Shown here in pieces: positions 28,658 to 39,200 of a stretch of 64,000 nucleotides of DNA. Under the pieces are notes generated by a model. It saw only the letters and a list, made by a program, of their open reading frames with translations. It searched no databases and was not told the origin of the DNA. Every line of letters starts with the position of its first letter. Position 1 is the stretch's first letter. The position numbers and the translations under genes were made by a program. This stretch comes from Candidatus Binatia bacterium. GTDB lineage: Bacteria; Desulfobacterota; Binatia; UBA9968; CAXXLF01. Location: contig CAXXLF010000002.1 of assembly GCA_963664015.2 (NCBI GenBank), forward strand, positions 1,216,001 to 1,280,000. The letters run 5' to 3'.

Positions 28658-28746
28658 TTTGTATTCATAGCATTTCCATCTGACGCTCGACCTCTACTGA
28701 TGCCTTACCCCACCAAATGCCTTCCCTTGTGTAGACACTGAGCGGG

Positions 28747-29112
28747 CTACTTCTGATACCTTTTCAAACCTGGATTATAATACGGGCTAAGCTGATTAGT
28801 GGTACTGTTAGGGCTTAGCTGGTTCCCGTATTCCCCCAAGGGGTTAAAGGGGCTTTCAGGACTCAGTTGACTCCCGTACCTTCCGAGTGGGTTGGATAAA
28901 CTATCAGGATGCAACGGGCTCCCTACTCCCAACTGGTTATTGGGGCTCTCCGGGCTTAATTGGCTCCCATATCTACCGAACGGATTGTTTAGGCTATCGG
29001 GATGGAATTGATTTTCGTTTGTCTGGCGGGTCTGATGCCAATAGGTATGCTCGGCAAAAGCCGGGACCGCTATCATAAAGGCAATTACGAACGTAACGGT
29101 TGAAACTCTCAT
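28747..29112 (-). CDS. Secreted small protein with NPxGxYGSQLSP repeats
   Basis: Signal peptide ending AFA; five S(P/L)xNPxG-type repeats; GGAG RBS. Confidence 0.7.
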   Translation of the reverse strand: MRVSTVTFVIAFMIAVPAFAEHTYWHQTRQTNENQFHPDSLNNPFGRYGSQLSPESPNNQLGVGSPLHPDSLSNPLGRYGSQLSPESPFNPLGEYGNQLSPNSTTNQLSPYYNPGLKRYQK

Positions 29113-29154
29113 AGGATCTCCTCGTATATGAGCCTGGACCTACATATGATAACC

Positions 29155-29340
29155 CTACAACCTCACCTCCTGATTGCCTTCCTTTGGGCAGGAACGAATT
29201 AGCCGCCACTCTAATCTAAACCCGCATACGGTACAATGGGCATCAATGGCAACCTCCTCCTTCGGCTCAGGCGGGTTAGGTATAACCACGCCGAAATAGT
29301 CACCACACCTGGGGCAATCACGGGAAAGGTATCGGGCCAT
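29155..29340 (-). CDS. Small zinc-ribbon protein
   Basis: CPRC...HCTVC. Confidence 0.55.
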   Translation of the reverse strand: MARYLSRDCPRCGDYFGVVIPNPPEPKEEVAIDAHCTVCGFRLEWRLIRSCPKEGNQEVRL

Positions 29341-29559
29341 GGCCGGATTATCCGTAAGGTCGGTACGACTGTCAACCCTTGACCTAATTTGACCTAAAGC
29401 CGAACAGAAACTATGATTGACTGAAGGAGGTGGGATGAAAAAAGTCCCCGCCATCCTCCTACGTCACAGCCATGCTGTCAAGTACCGGGATTGACGTCCT
29501 TTGGCTTAGCGTTATAATCCACGCTGGGGGGTTGGTCGCTGAAGTGAATGCATATTAAC

Positions 29560-30255
29560 TCAAATCACTAATTCCCGTGCATGTTCCTTCAACCATTCCC
29601 GAAAGACCTCATAGTCTGAAACCTCACGTCTCACAGACCTCCAGTATGCCGGTGAATGGTTGGGGTGCTTGAGATGACAGAGTTCATGCACCACCACATA
29701 GTCCACGATGTGATGCGGTGCGATGATGATTCTCCAGTTGTAGGAAATCTCTCCCTTTGAGGAACATGACCCCCATCTCGCTTTGTAGTCTCGAACAGTG
29801 ATCGAGTTGGGTGAAACACCCATGATTCCTGCGTATCGACTGGTCTTTTCGGTTAGACGGTCGAGTGCGTGTTGCTCATACCATTCGGCCAATGCACTCC
29901 GAATGTCGCCATCCTTGGGTTTTTTCGGAAGACCCACCTCAAGATAACCGCCGTTGAGTTTGACCTTAGGATCAGTTCCCCGTGAAACCTTCAGACGGTA
30001 GTTGCGTCCAAGGTAGGTGAAACTCTCACCGCTGACGTATTCCTTGGGTTTTGGAGTGACTATCTGTGATTGCTCACGCAGTTTCTTGCGTATCCAAGGA
30101 GTGCGCTTCTGTATGAGTGCTTCGACCCTGCCATCCGAGAGTTGGTCAGGAACGATTGCTTGGACCAAACCGTCAATCACTTTAATCGATGCGGTCTTGC
30201 GTCTCTTGGTGCGAACCACCTCAATCGATAAGTCTTTATCGAAAGTAAGGTTCAC
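29560..30255 (-). CDS. M48/YgjP (DUF45) metallopeptidase associated with type I R-M
   Basis: RWGSCS, YVVVHELCH, NHSPAYW; overlaps the hsdR stop. Confidence 0.9.
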   Translation of the reverse strand: MNLTFDKDLSIEVVRTKRRKTASIKVIDGLVQAIVPDQLSDGRVEALIQKRTPWIRKKLREQSQIVTPKPKEYVSGESFTYLGRNYRLKVSRGTDPKVKLNGGYLEVGLPKKPKDGDIRSALAEWYEQHALDRLTEKTSRYAGIMGVSPNSITVRDYKARWGSCSSKGEISYNWRIIIAPHHIVDYVVVHELCHLKHPNHSPAYWRSVRREVSDYEVFREWLKEHARELVI

Positions 30256-33248
30256 CGGAATTTGACCTCTGCAAGTTCCATGAATCTATCAGTGACGGGT
30301 ATCACCAGATTGAGGTCATCAAACTCCTCAAGAATTGCCCGCTTGATATTCCGCCGAACACGCTTCTGCTCATCCCATTTCTGGAAGAAATCAACGATCT
30401 CGGTTGCTTCGTCCATCATTGAGACGAGTTGCTGGACGACACTCTTGATCTTGAGGTGCATCTCTTCATCGATTGCTTCGACACCTTCACCCTTGGTGAT
30501 CTCTGCCATCAGAATGCCGTGGAATGCGAACTCCGTCTCAGTCAGTCCCAGTTCCTCTGCTCGTGCTCCGCGCTCTTCCTCGATAGTGCCACGGAAGTCC
30601 ATGAGCAACTGAACCAACTCCTCCCACTTCTCCTCGTGCTTCCGAATAATGGATTCCAGTTTCTCGGAGAGGGATTTGTAATATTCGGGGTCATCCTCGA
30701 GTTTGATCTTGATGTGATGCTTGATTGCATTCTCAATCTCGGATGCCTTTGCCCGATTGGATTTATGGTCGTTAAGTTTTTCTATGAAGTCTGCCGCTAA
30801 GAGATCGACAGGGGGAATCTTGGGATCAACACCTGTTGAGAAAATATGATCCTCGATGAGTTTCCGGACCTTCTCACCTGCACCCGCAATGGATAGTTGC
30901 TCATCTCGAAAGAGGTTCTTCGCACCATGAGAGATCTTACCCAGTTTTCTTAGGTCGGAGACGTAGGGGACTGCTGCAGGGTCAGGAAACACGATATCCA
31001 TCTGCTGTGAGAACTTCTGGAAGTCCAACTGGAACGTCTGTCTCTTGGTCTCATCCTCAAGAGAAAGGATACAGGTATCGAGGTCATCGAGATCCATACC
31101 CTTGAAGTGCTGCATCACGCGCGTGTGCGCACTCTGTAGTTTGGGGATCTCGTCCTTGAGGTCTCGCAACGCCCCTTCGATATCGTCTGACGAGAACATC
31201 TCCAGTGCTTCGGTGAGGTAATCGCTCAGTCCGAAATAATCGACAATATACCCACGGTGCTTGTTCTTATTGGTGCGGTTCACCCGCGCAATTGCCTGAA
31301 GGAGAGTGTGGTCTGTCAGTTTACGGTCGAGATACATCACCTGCGCGATGGGTGCATCGAACCCCGTCAACAACATGTCTTTGACGATCAGGATAGACAG
31401 GTTGGATTGCCCGTCACCTGACCCTATGGGTTTCTTGTAGTTCTCTATCTGGGTCTTGTGCTTGGTGCTGTCGGTGTATTCCCAATACCGTTGCTCGTCA
31501 TTGTGATCCTCAGAGATGATGACTGCAGATTCCGGTGCCTCCAGTTCATCCATCATTTCTTTGTAGGTGATCGCTGCATATCGCGATGAGGTCACTATCA
31601 TCGCCTTGAACCCATTGGGTTGAATGAACTCGCGATAGTGCTTGAGAATATCGATGCAGACCCTGCGAATGCGCTGTGGTGCCTCTAAGACAGATCTCGC
31701 ATTCGCATATTTGCGTTTGATCGCTGCCTGCTCTTCTTCCGTCCGATCTCCGAAATACTCATCGAACAGACTGTCCAGAGAGTCTCCTGTGACATCTACT
31801 CGTGCTTCACGTCCCTCATAGAGGATCTGAACCGTCGCACCGTCCTCTACGGACTGCTCGATGGTGTAGGTGTCGATGTAGGAACCAAACTCATTGCTGG
31901 TCTTCTCAGCCTTGATTAGAGGGGTTCCTGTGAACGCAATCTTGGGTGCGTTGGGGAGTGCGACATTGATTGCTGCACCCAGAGTTCCGTATTGGGTTCG
32001 ATGTCCCTCGTCTGCAAGAACGATAATTTTGTCGGACTCGTTCAGGACAGGGAATTCACTCTCGTCTGCGCTCTCCTGAAACTTCTGAACCATCGCCGTC
32101 ACGATGTCAGAAGAGTCTGTCTGCAGGAGTTCCTTCAGGTCTCGAACGGACTCCGCATGGTGAATGGTCTCACTCTGGGTGTTCTGGAAGGTTGCCGTCA
32201 GTTGGGTGTCGAGTTGAGTGCGGTCGGTGATGAAGACGAGTTTGTAATCTCGGAGTGCTGGGTCACGTCTAATCTTGAGAGTCAGGAACACCATGGTCAG
32301 AGATTTACCCGAACCCTGCGTATGCCAGATAACACCGCTCTTACTCTTGCGGTCGGTTCCTGCCTTGATGCGTTCAATGGATTTATGGACTGCACGGAAC
32401 TGCTGATACCGCGCAATCTTCTTCACTGTGCGTCCATCGACAGGTTCAAACACGGTGAAGTTCTGAATGAGATCGAGGAAGTTCGTTTTGTTGAACATTC
32501 CTGCGATCAAGACGTCTTGAGACTCAGGGGTCTCTCCCACTTCATTAATCTTCAGAGGATACGGATCTTTCCATTCTAGAAAGTGCTCCATGCGTGACGT
32601 GATAGTGCCTACACGCGCCTTATCGCGATGGGTGGAGACCATGAGTTGGTTGTAGTGAAAGAGTTTTTCTGCACCTTCATTATCTTGATGAGTTCTGCGG
32701 TTTGCATACCGCATCAACTGATCAATCCCTGATTCCATGGGGTTGGTGATGTAGGGGGATTTGCACTCGATCACTGCAAGGGGAAGACCATTCACGAACA
32801 GAATGATGTCGGGAATGATGTTCTGGTTAACCCCTGAGACCTTGAACTGGTTCGTGCAAAGGAACTCGTTGTTCTCAAGGTTATCGAAGTCGATGAACTT
32901 GACGGTTTGTCCCCGATTGCCCTTGCCCACGTCCTGCATGACGGAGGTGTATTGCGTGAGGGTGTTCCAGACGGATTGGTTTGCTTCAATCAGGTTCGGA
33001 AACTGCGCTCTGGTGAACTCACTGATGACCCTTCGCAGGTTGTCTTCACTGATCCATGGGTTGATGCGTTGGATTGCTTTCTCAAGACGATGTTCGAGAA
33101 CCACGTCCTTGAAGGAACTGCGTTCATCTGAATCTTTAAGGGTTGGTTCCGATGGAGAGAGTTTAGAACCCTCGAGGTATGTCCATTCCAGTGACTGAAG
33201 TTGTTCCAGTGCGGGGAGTTCTACCTTGTCGAGTTCATCGGATGCCAT
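30252..33248 (-). CDS. hsdR: Type I restriction enzyme R subunit
   Basis: PDIILFVNGLPLAVIECK; HTQGSGKS; DEGHR; FTGTP; MLLTGFD; QAIARVNR. Confidence 0.95.
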   Translation of the reverse strand: MASDELDKVELPALEQLQSLEWTYLEGSKLSPSEPTLKDSDERSSFKDVVLEHRLEKAIQRINPWISEDNLRRVISEFTRAQFPNLIEANQSVWNTLTQYTSVMQDVGKGNRGQTVKFIDFDNLENNEFLCTNQFKVSGVNQNIIPDIILFVNGLPLAVIECKSPYITNPMESGIDQLMRYANRRTHQDNEGAEKLFHYNQLMVSTHRDKARVGTITSRMEHFLEWKDPYPLKINEVGETPESQDVLIAGMFNKTNFLDLIQNFTVFEPVDGRTVKKIARYQQFRAVHKSIERIKAGTDRKSKSGVIWHTQGSGKSLTMVFLTLKIRRDPALRDYKLVFITDRTQLDTQLTATFQNTQSETIHHAESVRDLKELLQTDSSDIVTAMVQKFQESADESEFPVLNESDKIIVLADEGHRTQYGTLGAAINVALPNAPKIAFTGTPLIKAEKTSNEFGSYIDTYTIEQSVEDGATVQILYEGREARVDVTGDSLDSLFDEYFGDRTEEEQAAIKRKYANARSVLEAPQRIRRVCIDILKHYREFIQPNGFKAMIVTSSRYAAITYKEMMDELEAPESAVIISEDHNDEQRYWEYTDSTKHKTQIENYKKPIGSGDGQSNLSILIVKDMLLTGFDAPIAQVMYLDRKLTDHTLLQAIARVNRTNKNKHRGYIVDYFGLSDYLTEALEMFSSDDIEGALRDLKDEIPKLQSAHTRVMQHFKGMDLDDLDTCILSLEDETKRQTFQLDFQKFSQQMDIVFPDPAAVPYVSDLRKLGKISHGAKNLFRDEQLSIAGAGEKVRKLIEDHIFSTGVDPKIPPVDLLAADFIEKLNDHKSNRAKASEIENAIKHHIKIKLEDDPEYYKSLSEKLESIIRKHEEKWEELVQLLMDFRGTIEEERGARAEELGLTETEFAFHGILMAEITKGEGVEAIDEEMHLKIKSVVQQLVSMMDEATEIVDFFQKWDEQKRVRRNIKRAILEEFDDLNLVIPVTDRFMELAEVKFR

Positions 33249-33249
33249 C

Positions 33250-34497
33250 TCAGTTCACCGACACTCTGACTTTACCCGTCAGGAGATCCTGCATGAGGGA
33301 TTTTTTGAGAGATTGGGTTTGGTGGAGTTTTTGTTTTTTATCTGACAAACATTTATTTATGGGACTGATAATCCTGATAATCCCATCCTGTTCTATATCT
33401 GGGGGCACGGGGATCCTGATATCTTTTACGATTTGGGAATTAAGTTTTACCATGGTCTCTGAGGTGCCTTGTGCAAGTCTAGAGATTTGAGTCCTTAACG
33501 CTGAACTCAATAACATTTGCAAAATGAAATCTACGTTCGCCGATTTTTTGAATGTTAAGCGCATCATTAAGTCGGGGTAGATGCACCCACGTCCAAAATC
33601 CCGAAATATTCCTACTAATCCAACAAGTTCTCTAGTATTTGACCTGCTCATTAAAAAATCACCGTCTTTTAATAAAAAATCTTTATTTCTCTCAGATGGT
33701 TCAATCGATTTTAGTTGGGTTGGCAAAAAACCGTCTTTTCTTAAACATCCTAGACCCAGACTTAAGTCCCCATTTTCAGTTTCCTTTGGACTAAATCCGT
33801 TTTTCGGGTTTTTAGATAAAAGTTCTGATAATTTTTTAACCTCCCAACTCTTCGGAATTCTCCCCAACTCACTGTCTTTGAACTCTGTGTGACCAATCCC
33901 TTTGGTCAACAACTCGTTCATCGTTCCTTTTTTCAGATCTTGGAGTTTGTCGATTTGCGATTGGGTTTTCTCAATTACCTCATCAACAGAGGTGAGAATG
34001 GATGCGATTTTCTTCTGTTCTGGGAGGGGTGGTGTAGGTATCGGGATTGATTTCAAATCCCCCAAAACCACTCTACGGATCGCTGAACCAGATTTCCGAT
34101 TTTCAAGTTCTCCAATAAAAATGGGAGAAGAAAGGAATTGTTCTAGAAAATGAGGAAGAAGTTTTGAGTTTTCGGTTCGAATAATTGCAATTGAAGAAAG
34201 TACAACAATATTATCAGATTGTTGAAAAACAAGGGTTTTGCCGATTGTACCGTCTTTTGAAAACAGCACATCGCCGATTTTTGGATTGCACGAGTTTGCA
34301 GTTAGATTTGTGAATTCTTCTTCAGAAATTGATCTGCAACTGGAGATATCGATGGTACTATGTCTCATGTTTTCAACAGTCGCAATCGGACACCCATTTT
34401 CCACTGTCGGGGGAGAATAGTGAGAACCATCAGTTATTTTTTTTGATAGGTCGGATAAAGAGTTTACACCCCAACCCTCTGGAACCTGCTCACTCAT
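33250..34497 (-). CDS. hsdS: Type I R-M specificity subunit
   Basis: Two AT-rich TRDs; [13 protein letters not shown]; [16 protein letters not shown]. Confidence 0.93.
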   Translation of the reverse strand: MSEQVPEGWGVNSLSDLSKKITDGSHYSPPTVENGCPIATVENMRHSTIDISSCRSISEEEFTNLTANSCNPKIGDVLFSKDGTIGKTLVFQQSDNIVVLSSIAIIRTENSKLLPHFLEQFLSSPIFIGELENRKSGSAIRRVVLGDLKSIPIPTPPLPEQKKIASILTSVDEVIEKTQSQIDKLQDLKKGTMNELLTKGIGHTEFKDSELGRIPKSWEVKKLSELLSKNPKNGFSPKETENGDLSLGLGCLRKDGFLPTQLKSIEPSERNKDFLLKDGDFLMSRSNTRELVGLVGIFRDFGRGCIYPDLMMRLTFKKSANVDFILQMLLSSALRTQISRLAQGTSETMVKLNSQIVKDIRIPVPPDIEQDGIIRIISPINKCLSDKKQKLHQTQSLKKSLMQDLLTGKVRVSVN

Positions 34498-36211
34498 ACC
34501 CAAGTTCCTTCAGATAACCCCGCATCACCTCTTCTGACTGTTTCACCTCTGCATCCAGTTCGTGCAGGGAGACACGATACTTGTCCCACCATCTCTCGAA
34601 CTGACTGATGACGGACTGCTCATCCGTGTTAAGGAACTCTCGTATCTGTTCCTTGGTCTCAATCTCGGGTTTGAACTCGTAGTATTCGTTGTCCCTTCGA
34701 ACGAACACACCGCTGACATCCATTCCCTGCAGAGTTTCCTGAATATACTCGTCCTCAATCTCACTGACGGGTATTCCACCTCGAAGGATCGCACGGACAT
34801 CAAACTGCTCTGGTGGGGGTGATGTGTCCGCGTATCTGCGGATGTTCAGGTTGTAGTCATTCTCACGAATCTCATCGATCGAGACCACCTTCGCATACCG
34901 CTTCTCATCCTCGTATCCGTCAAAGGTTTCGAGGATCCGCTGAATGTCTGACTTACGGAGTTTGGTCTGACTCTTACTTTCTTCGAATCCTAATTCACCG
35001 TTGATGAAGAAGACCTTCCCTTTGCGTTCAGGAGACTTCCGTTTGTTGATAATCAGGAGTGCTGCAGGAATGCCTGTGCCGTAGAACAATCCCGAGGGTA
35101 GTCCGATGACACCCTCGAGAAGATCGTCCTCCAGAATCCCCTTACGAATCTCCTTCTCACTGGAACCGCGGAACAGAACACCGTGAGGAACGACAACACC
35201 CATCATTCCCTCTGCGTTCAGTGACGCAATCATGTGCTGAATGAATGCGAGATCCCCCGAATCCTTGGGAGGGGTGCCATAGGGAAACCGTCCATAGGGA
35301 TCGTTATCTGCCTGTTCCTTACCCCATTTTGCGAGGGAGAACGGTGGGTTTGCGATCACTCGGTCAAAGACCTGCAACGCACCTCCTGAGATGTGCTGAG
35401 GATCTCCCAGAGTGTCACCCTTACGGATATCTGCATTGAACACTCCATGCAGGAACATGTTCATCTTGCAGATTGCCCATGTGTTCAGATTCATCTTCTG
35501 ACCGTAGAGGGACAAGTTGGACGGGTTCTCTCCGTGATCGATCAGGTAGTTTCGTGTGGTGACCAACATGCCGCCGGAACCAACCGTGGGATCGTAGATC
35601 TTCATACCCGCACGAGGTTTGATGAGTGACACCAGAAGTTTCACCACCTCAGTCGGGGTATAGAACTCTCCACCCTTCTTACCTGCAGAGTCTGCGAACT
35701 GCTTGATGAGATATTCGTATGCACCGCCCATCAGGTCTGCATCTGCAAAGTCCTCATTCCTCAATCGATGCCGAGAGAAGTGAGACAGGAGATCCTGCAG
35801 TTTCTTGTCTGAGAGTTTATTTTTGATATTGAAGTCGATGGAGACCAACACGCCCTCGAGACTGGGGTTGTGCTCCTCGATCGTCTCGGTTGCCTTGTTC
35901 AGTTCCGCACCGATGTCGTGCTTGAGATCCTTGAGTTGATCCCATCGTGCACGTTCAGGGACAAAAAACGTCTTGTCGTACTCGTCCTCATCGGATGCGA
36001 GTTGCTCTGCTTGTTGCTGGTTCTTGCCCGTGGAGAGGTAGTGCTGAATGACCTTCTCTTGCTCTTCCTCAAACGAGTCCGAGAGACGCTTCAGGAACAT
36101 CATCCCGAAGATGTAGTCCTTGAACTCAGACGCATCCATGTTGCCGCGTAGGATATCTGCGGTTTCCCAGAGGAAGGACTCAAGTTGCGAAAGAGTGAGT
36201 TTTTCCGTCAT
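34490..36211 (-). CDS. hsdM: Type I R-M methyltransferase
   Basis: [39 protein letters not shown]; GQK where GQE is usual. Confidence 0.95.
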   Translation of the reverse strand: MTEKLTLSQLESFLWETADILRGNMDASEFKDYIFGMMFLKRLSDSFEEEQEKVIQHYLSTGKNQQQAEQLASDEDEYDKTFFVPERARWDQLKDLKHDIGAELNKATETIEEHNPSLEGVLVSIDFNIKNKLSDKKLQDLLSHFSRHRLRNEDFADADLMGGAYEYLIKQFADSAGKKGGEFYTPTEVVKLLVSLIKPRAGMKIYDPTVGSGGMLVTTRNYLIDHGENPSNLSLYGQKMNLNTWAICKMNMFLHGVFNADIRKGDTLGDPQHISGGALQVFDRVIANPPFSLAKWGKEQADNDPYGRFPYGTPPKDSGDLAFIQHMIASLNAEGMMGVVVPHGVLFRGSSEKEIRKGILEDDLLEGVIGLPSGLFYGTGIPAALLIINKRKSPERKGKVFFINGELGFEESKSQTKLRKSDIQRILETFDGYEDEKRYAKVVSIDEIRENDYNLNIRRYADTSPPPEQFDVRAILRGGIPVSEIEDEYIQETLQGMDVSGVFVRRDNEYYEFKPEIETKEQIREFLNTDEQSVISQFERWWDKYRVSLHELDAEVKQSEEVMRGYLKELGYE

Positions 36212-36387
36212 TTTTACCCCTATTCGGTTGCAGACTCCTCAGTGAACGGTATCCGAGCAATCCCAGGGTGTCAACGAACTCGTGGGACCGGTAAGAAATT
36301 CCCTTAATACTGGCGAAGAACGATTGGCACACGCTAAAGATTTTTCTTGCCTTTTTTCACCAACGCCTTACCTTAGAAATTACCATT

Positions 36388-36440
36388 GGGGCATAGCCTG
36401 ATCAGCGAAAAGCCGGTGCCCTCCTGCCCGGCCTGGCCCC
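36388..36440 (+). ncRNA. Putative c4/CI-like structured antisense RNA
   Basis: GGGGC/GCCCC closing stem, GC-CTGATCA-GC loop and GCCGG/CCGGC hairpin whose loop is complementary to downstream GCAGGAG and CAGGAGG; TTGCCT-16-TACCTT upstream. Confidence 0.4.
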
Positions 36441-36477
36441 TTCATCTCAAAGCAGGAGTCCCTACAGGAGGTGGGAG

Positions 36478-37194
36478 ATGCCACGCAATAAAAGGTCAGC
36501 TGGTAATGAATACCCCGCTCGCGCTGACCGCCTTCTCAGCCGGTCAGGTCAATGGGGTCAAGGTGTTAATGAGAAGCGCGTGAAAGAGTTTGCGACGGAA
36601 ATCAAAAAACGTGAGCACCTACCGGGAATTATGCTTGAGACAGATACCCCTCTTTGGTTGGCCCGTTACCTCACTTGGATCGAGCTTGAAGAGAAATTCC
36701 ATAGAGAGTGGCTGACCGTTAAAAAGCTCCTGCGGAAGAGAAGGGAAAAACTTCGGGCTAGAATTAAAGCCAAAAGAAAGGTGAGTAACTCACTGAAGAT
36801 AGAGCTTGCAGAGATCAATAGATATATAGACTGGATGCGGCTTGGCCCCCGAACCCCAGGGGGGGCAAGCAGTCCTGGGACTAGACCTTTTCTTCATTCA
36901 CGCTGGGATACACTGTGGCAGATGGATCAACTCTTAATCAACGATTACCGAGACGCCGTGATGCGAGGGATACGACAAAAATTCAACGCACTAGCCTTGG
37001 AGCGTAAGAGCAATCCAGGGCTTCCTATCCCCAATTGGGCCTCTATAAAAAACCTTCAACGTATAGCCAATAAAGAAATAGGCCGAAAAGAACGCGCCCA
37101 GATCCTTGCCAGAGTTATGGTGCTCTCCCCTTACACAACCATGTCGGCAGCCTCGATCCTTAGAGGACTGCAACGGCATTACCCCACAAATTAG
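36478..37194 (+). CDS. Hypothetical basic protein
   Basis: 238-aa ORF after an AGGAGG RBS; first gene of the replication/integration run. Confidence 0.55.
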   Translation: MPRNKRSAGNEYPARADRLLSRSGQWGQGVNEKRVKEFATEIKKREHLPGIMLETDTPLWLARYLTWIELEEKFHREWLTVKKLLRKRREKLRARIKAKRKVSNSLKIELAEINRYIDWMRLGPRTPGGASSPGTRPFLHSRWDTLWQMDQLLINDYRDAVMRGIRQKFNALALERKSNPGLPIPNWASIKNLQRIANKEIGRKERAQILARVMVLSPYTTMSAASILRGLQRHYPTN

Positions 37195-37322
37195 GTCTCA
37201 CTGATCTCTCACCCTTAGCTGAAGCCCCCACTTTAATTGGGGGGTGGGATATGTCGTTCCATAGGCCCAATTTCCTCAACTTTGCTATTTTTTAGACCGA
37301 TCAGCGAGTTAAGCTTAGAAAC

Positions 37323-39200
37323 ATGCAGACACGTTCATACTCGGTTTTGGATAAACTCGATTCCGCTATCCGTCTATTAAAAGCGGACAAGCCCCCTTTC
37401 CCCTTATGCTGGACCAGTGAGGGTGTTTGTGTCCGCCACGGTCCTAGGTGCGAGCATCCCGGGAAGCAACCCCTAGTAAGGGGGAGGGCCTATCAAGAAC
37501 ACTTGCCCACAGAGCAAGAGGTGACAGACTGGTGGACTCAGTGGCCACATGCAAACATCGGAATGGCCACAGGGCAGATATCAGCCATAATGGTTGTCGA
37601 CTGTGACTCAGCAGGGGCCACTAACCGATTTGAGGATAACTATCCTGAAGCGGAGGATACTCTTCAAGTCCAAACAGCACGTGGGAAGCACTACTATTTT
37701 CAATTTGAGGAAGGTATCCGCAACGATGCTGGCAAACTGCTAGGGCCAGGGATAGACGTAAGGGGGGAAGGCGGCTTTGTTATTATTCCGCCGTCAATCC
37801 ATGCCTCCGGCAAGCCTTATCAATGGCTCAACCGGAGCAAGCCGAGTCCTTTATCAACTAGTTTAAGAGAGGTCTTAGTCAGCCGTAATAAAGTCGGCCC
37901 TTTCGATGGTTCCGTGGCAGAGAGCTTTCAAGAGCGATTCGACACAGCTAAAGCCCTGGCCGGAGTCCCGGAGGGGCAGAGAGATGAAACCCTTTTCAAA
38001 CTGGCCGGTAAGCTACGGAACGCAGACGTACCCCAAGAAATGGCAGAAAAGCTGGTATTAGAAGCTGCCCAGAACTGCCAGCCTTCGTTTTCAGAGTCCA
38101 TAGCACTAGAGAAAGTAGGTAGGGTCTATGAACGATACCAGACCGGTACCGCTCCGTCAGATCCAAAAGTCGTTTCCGCACTAGGGGAAGAAACCGTGCG
38201 GAAAGACATTAAGCTCCAAACCTGGGAGGAATTTCTATCTACTACCCCGGAAGAAAGGGAATACACCATCAACGGGATTCTCCCCGATTCGGGTTTGGCT
38301 GTCCTGTTGGGGCGTGGAAAGCACGGAAAATCAACCCTAGTCACCCATGCCTGTAGGGCCATTGCCTCAGGTCAGGGGTTCTTGGACCGGGGAACCAAGG
38401 TCAAGCCTGTTGTTTATGTTAACTACGAAATGGCAGAGGATTATCTCCAAACCCTTCTTAGGGCCGGGGATTGTCCAACGGGTGCCTATATTATCAACCG
38501 ACCTGAACCAATTTTAACCCTGAAGGCCATCGAAAACATTATGGGCCAAGTGGAGAACGGTCCGGGGATGATGGTTATCGACTCCTTCAGGGGGGCTTTC
38601 AAACTCCAGGGTGAGGCAGAAAATCTATCGGGAGGGGCAGGTGTACTTCTCCGTCAACTCCAGGACTTAGCTATCAACAAAGGCTGGCTTATCATTCTGA
38701 TTCACCACAGCAACAGGGGTAGTAGGGAAGGAACAGATAGCGTTTCAGGAACTAGCGACTGGATAGCGGCTCCTGATGTTCTTTGGAGTTGGTCAAGGCC
38801 GGACCCAGATAAGAGCGGCACCTTGATAATAGAGGGACGAATCCCTCCATTGGACCCGATGGCAGTACAGTTAAGCCTAGAGAGCTGCGAGTACGTTGGA
38901 ACGGTAAAGGAGGATCAGGAAAAGGCCGACAAGGGGGCAATCCAAGGATTTTTAACCGAGGATTGGCAAATCACCAAAGATATTGTGGCACTTACTGGGC
39001 TAGCAGAGGGAACTATCAGAACACGATTAAACTCACTCCACAAGGATGGACTGGTTGAGCGGGATGGAAAGGGGGTGAGTAAGAACCCATTTAAATGGAG
39101 GGAAATTGTTTCCGCACAGGATAATCCCCTAAGTGCGGAAACGAATAATGGGGATAATCAAGCAGAGGAAGGGGCTCAATGCCAGACGTTCAATCTCTAA
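37323..39200 (+). CDS. Bifunctional DNA primase/polymerase + AAA_25 (RepA-like) helicase + wHTH
   Basis: C..HG..C.HPGKQP, WW..WP.ANIGMATG, VVDCD, GKHYYF, GIDVRGEGG..IPPSIH; EGQRDETLF; GRGKHGKS; VIDS; IHH. Confidence 0.9.
   Translation: MQTRSYSVLDKLDSAIRLLKADKPPFPLCWTSEGVCVRHGPRCEHPGKQPLVRGRAYQEHLPTEQEVTDWWTQWPHANIGMATGQISAIMVVDCDSAGATNRFEDNYPEAEDTLQVQTARGKHYYFQFEEGIRNDAGKLLGPGIDVRGEGGFVIIPPSIHASGKPYQWLNRSKPSPLSTSLREVLVSRNKVGPFDGSVAESFQERFDTAKALAGVPEGQRDETLFKLAGKLRNADVPQEMAEKLVLEAAQNCQPSFSESIALEKVGRVYERYQTGTAPSDPKVVSALGEETVRKDIKLQTWEEFLSTTPEEREYTINGILPDSGLAVLLGRGKHGKSTLVTHACRAIASGQGFLDRGTKVKPVVYVNYEMAEDYLQTLLRAGDCPTGAYIINRPEPILTLKAIENIMGQVENGPGMMVIDSFRGAFKLQGEAENLSGGAGVLLRQLQDLAINKGWLIILIHHSNRGSREGTDSVSGTSDWIAAPDVLWSWSRPDPDKSGTLIIEGRIPPLDPMAVQLSLESCEYVGTVKEDQEKADKGAIQGFLTEDWQITKDIVALTGLAEGTIRTRLNSLHKDGLVERDGKGVSKNPFKWREIVSAQDNPLSAETNNGDNQAEEGAQCQTFNL

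Noticed and set aside
36396-36412. Hammerhead ribozyme core (CTGATCA..GAAA)
   Set aside because: Core reads CUGAUCA rather than CUGANGA, and stem II is missing
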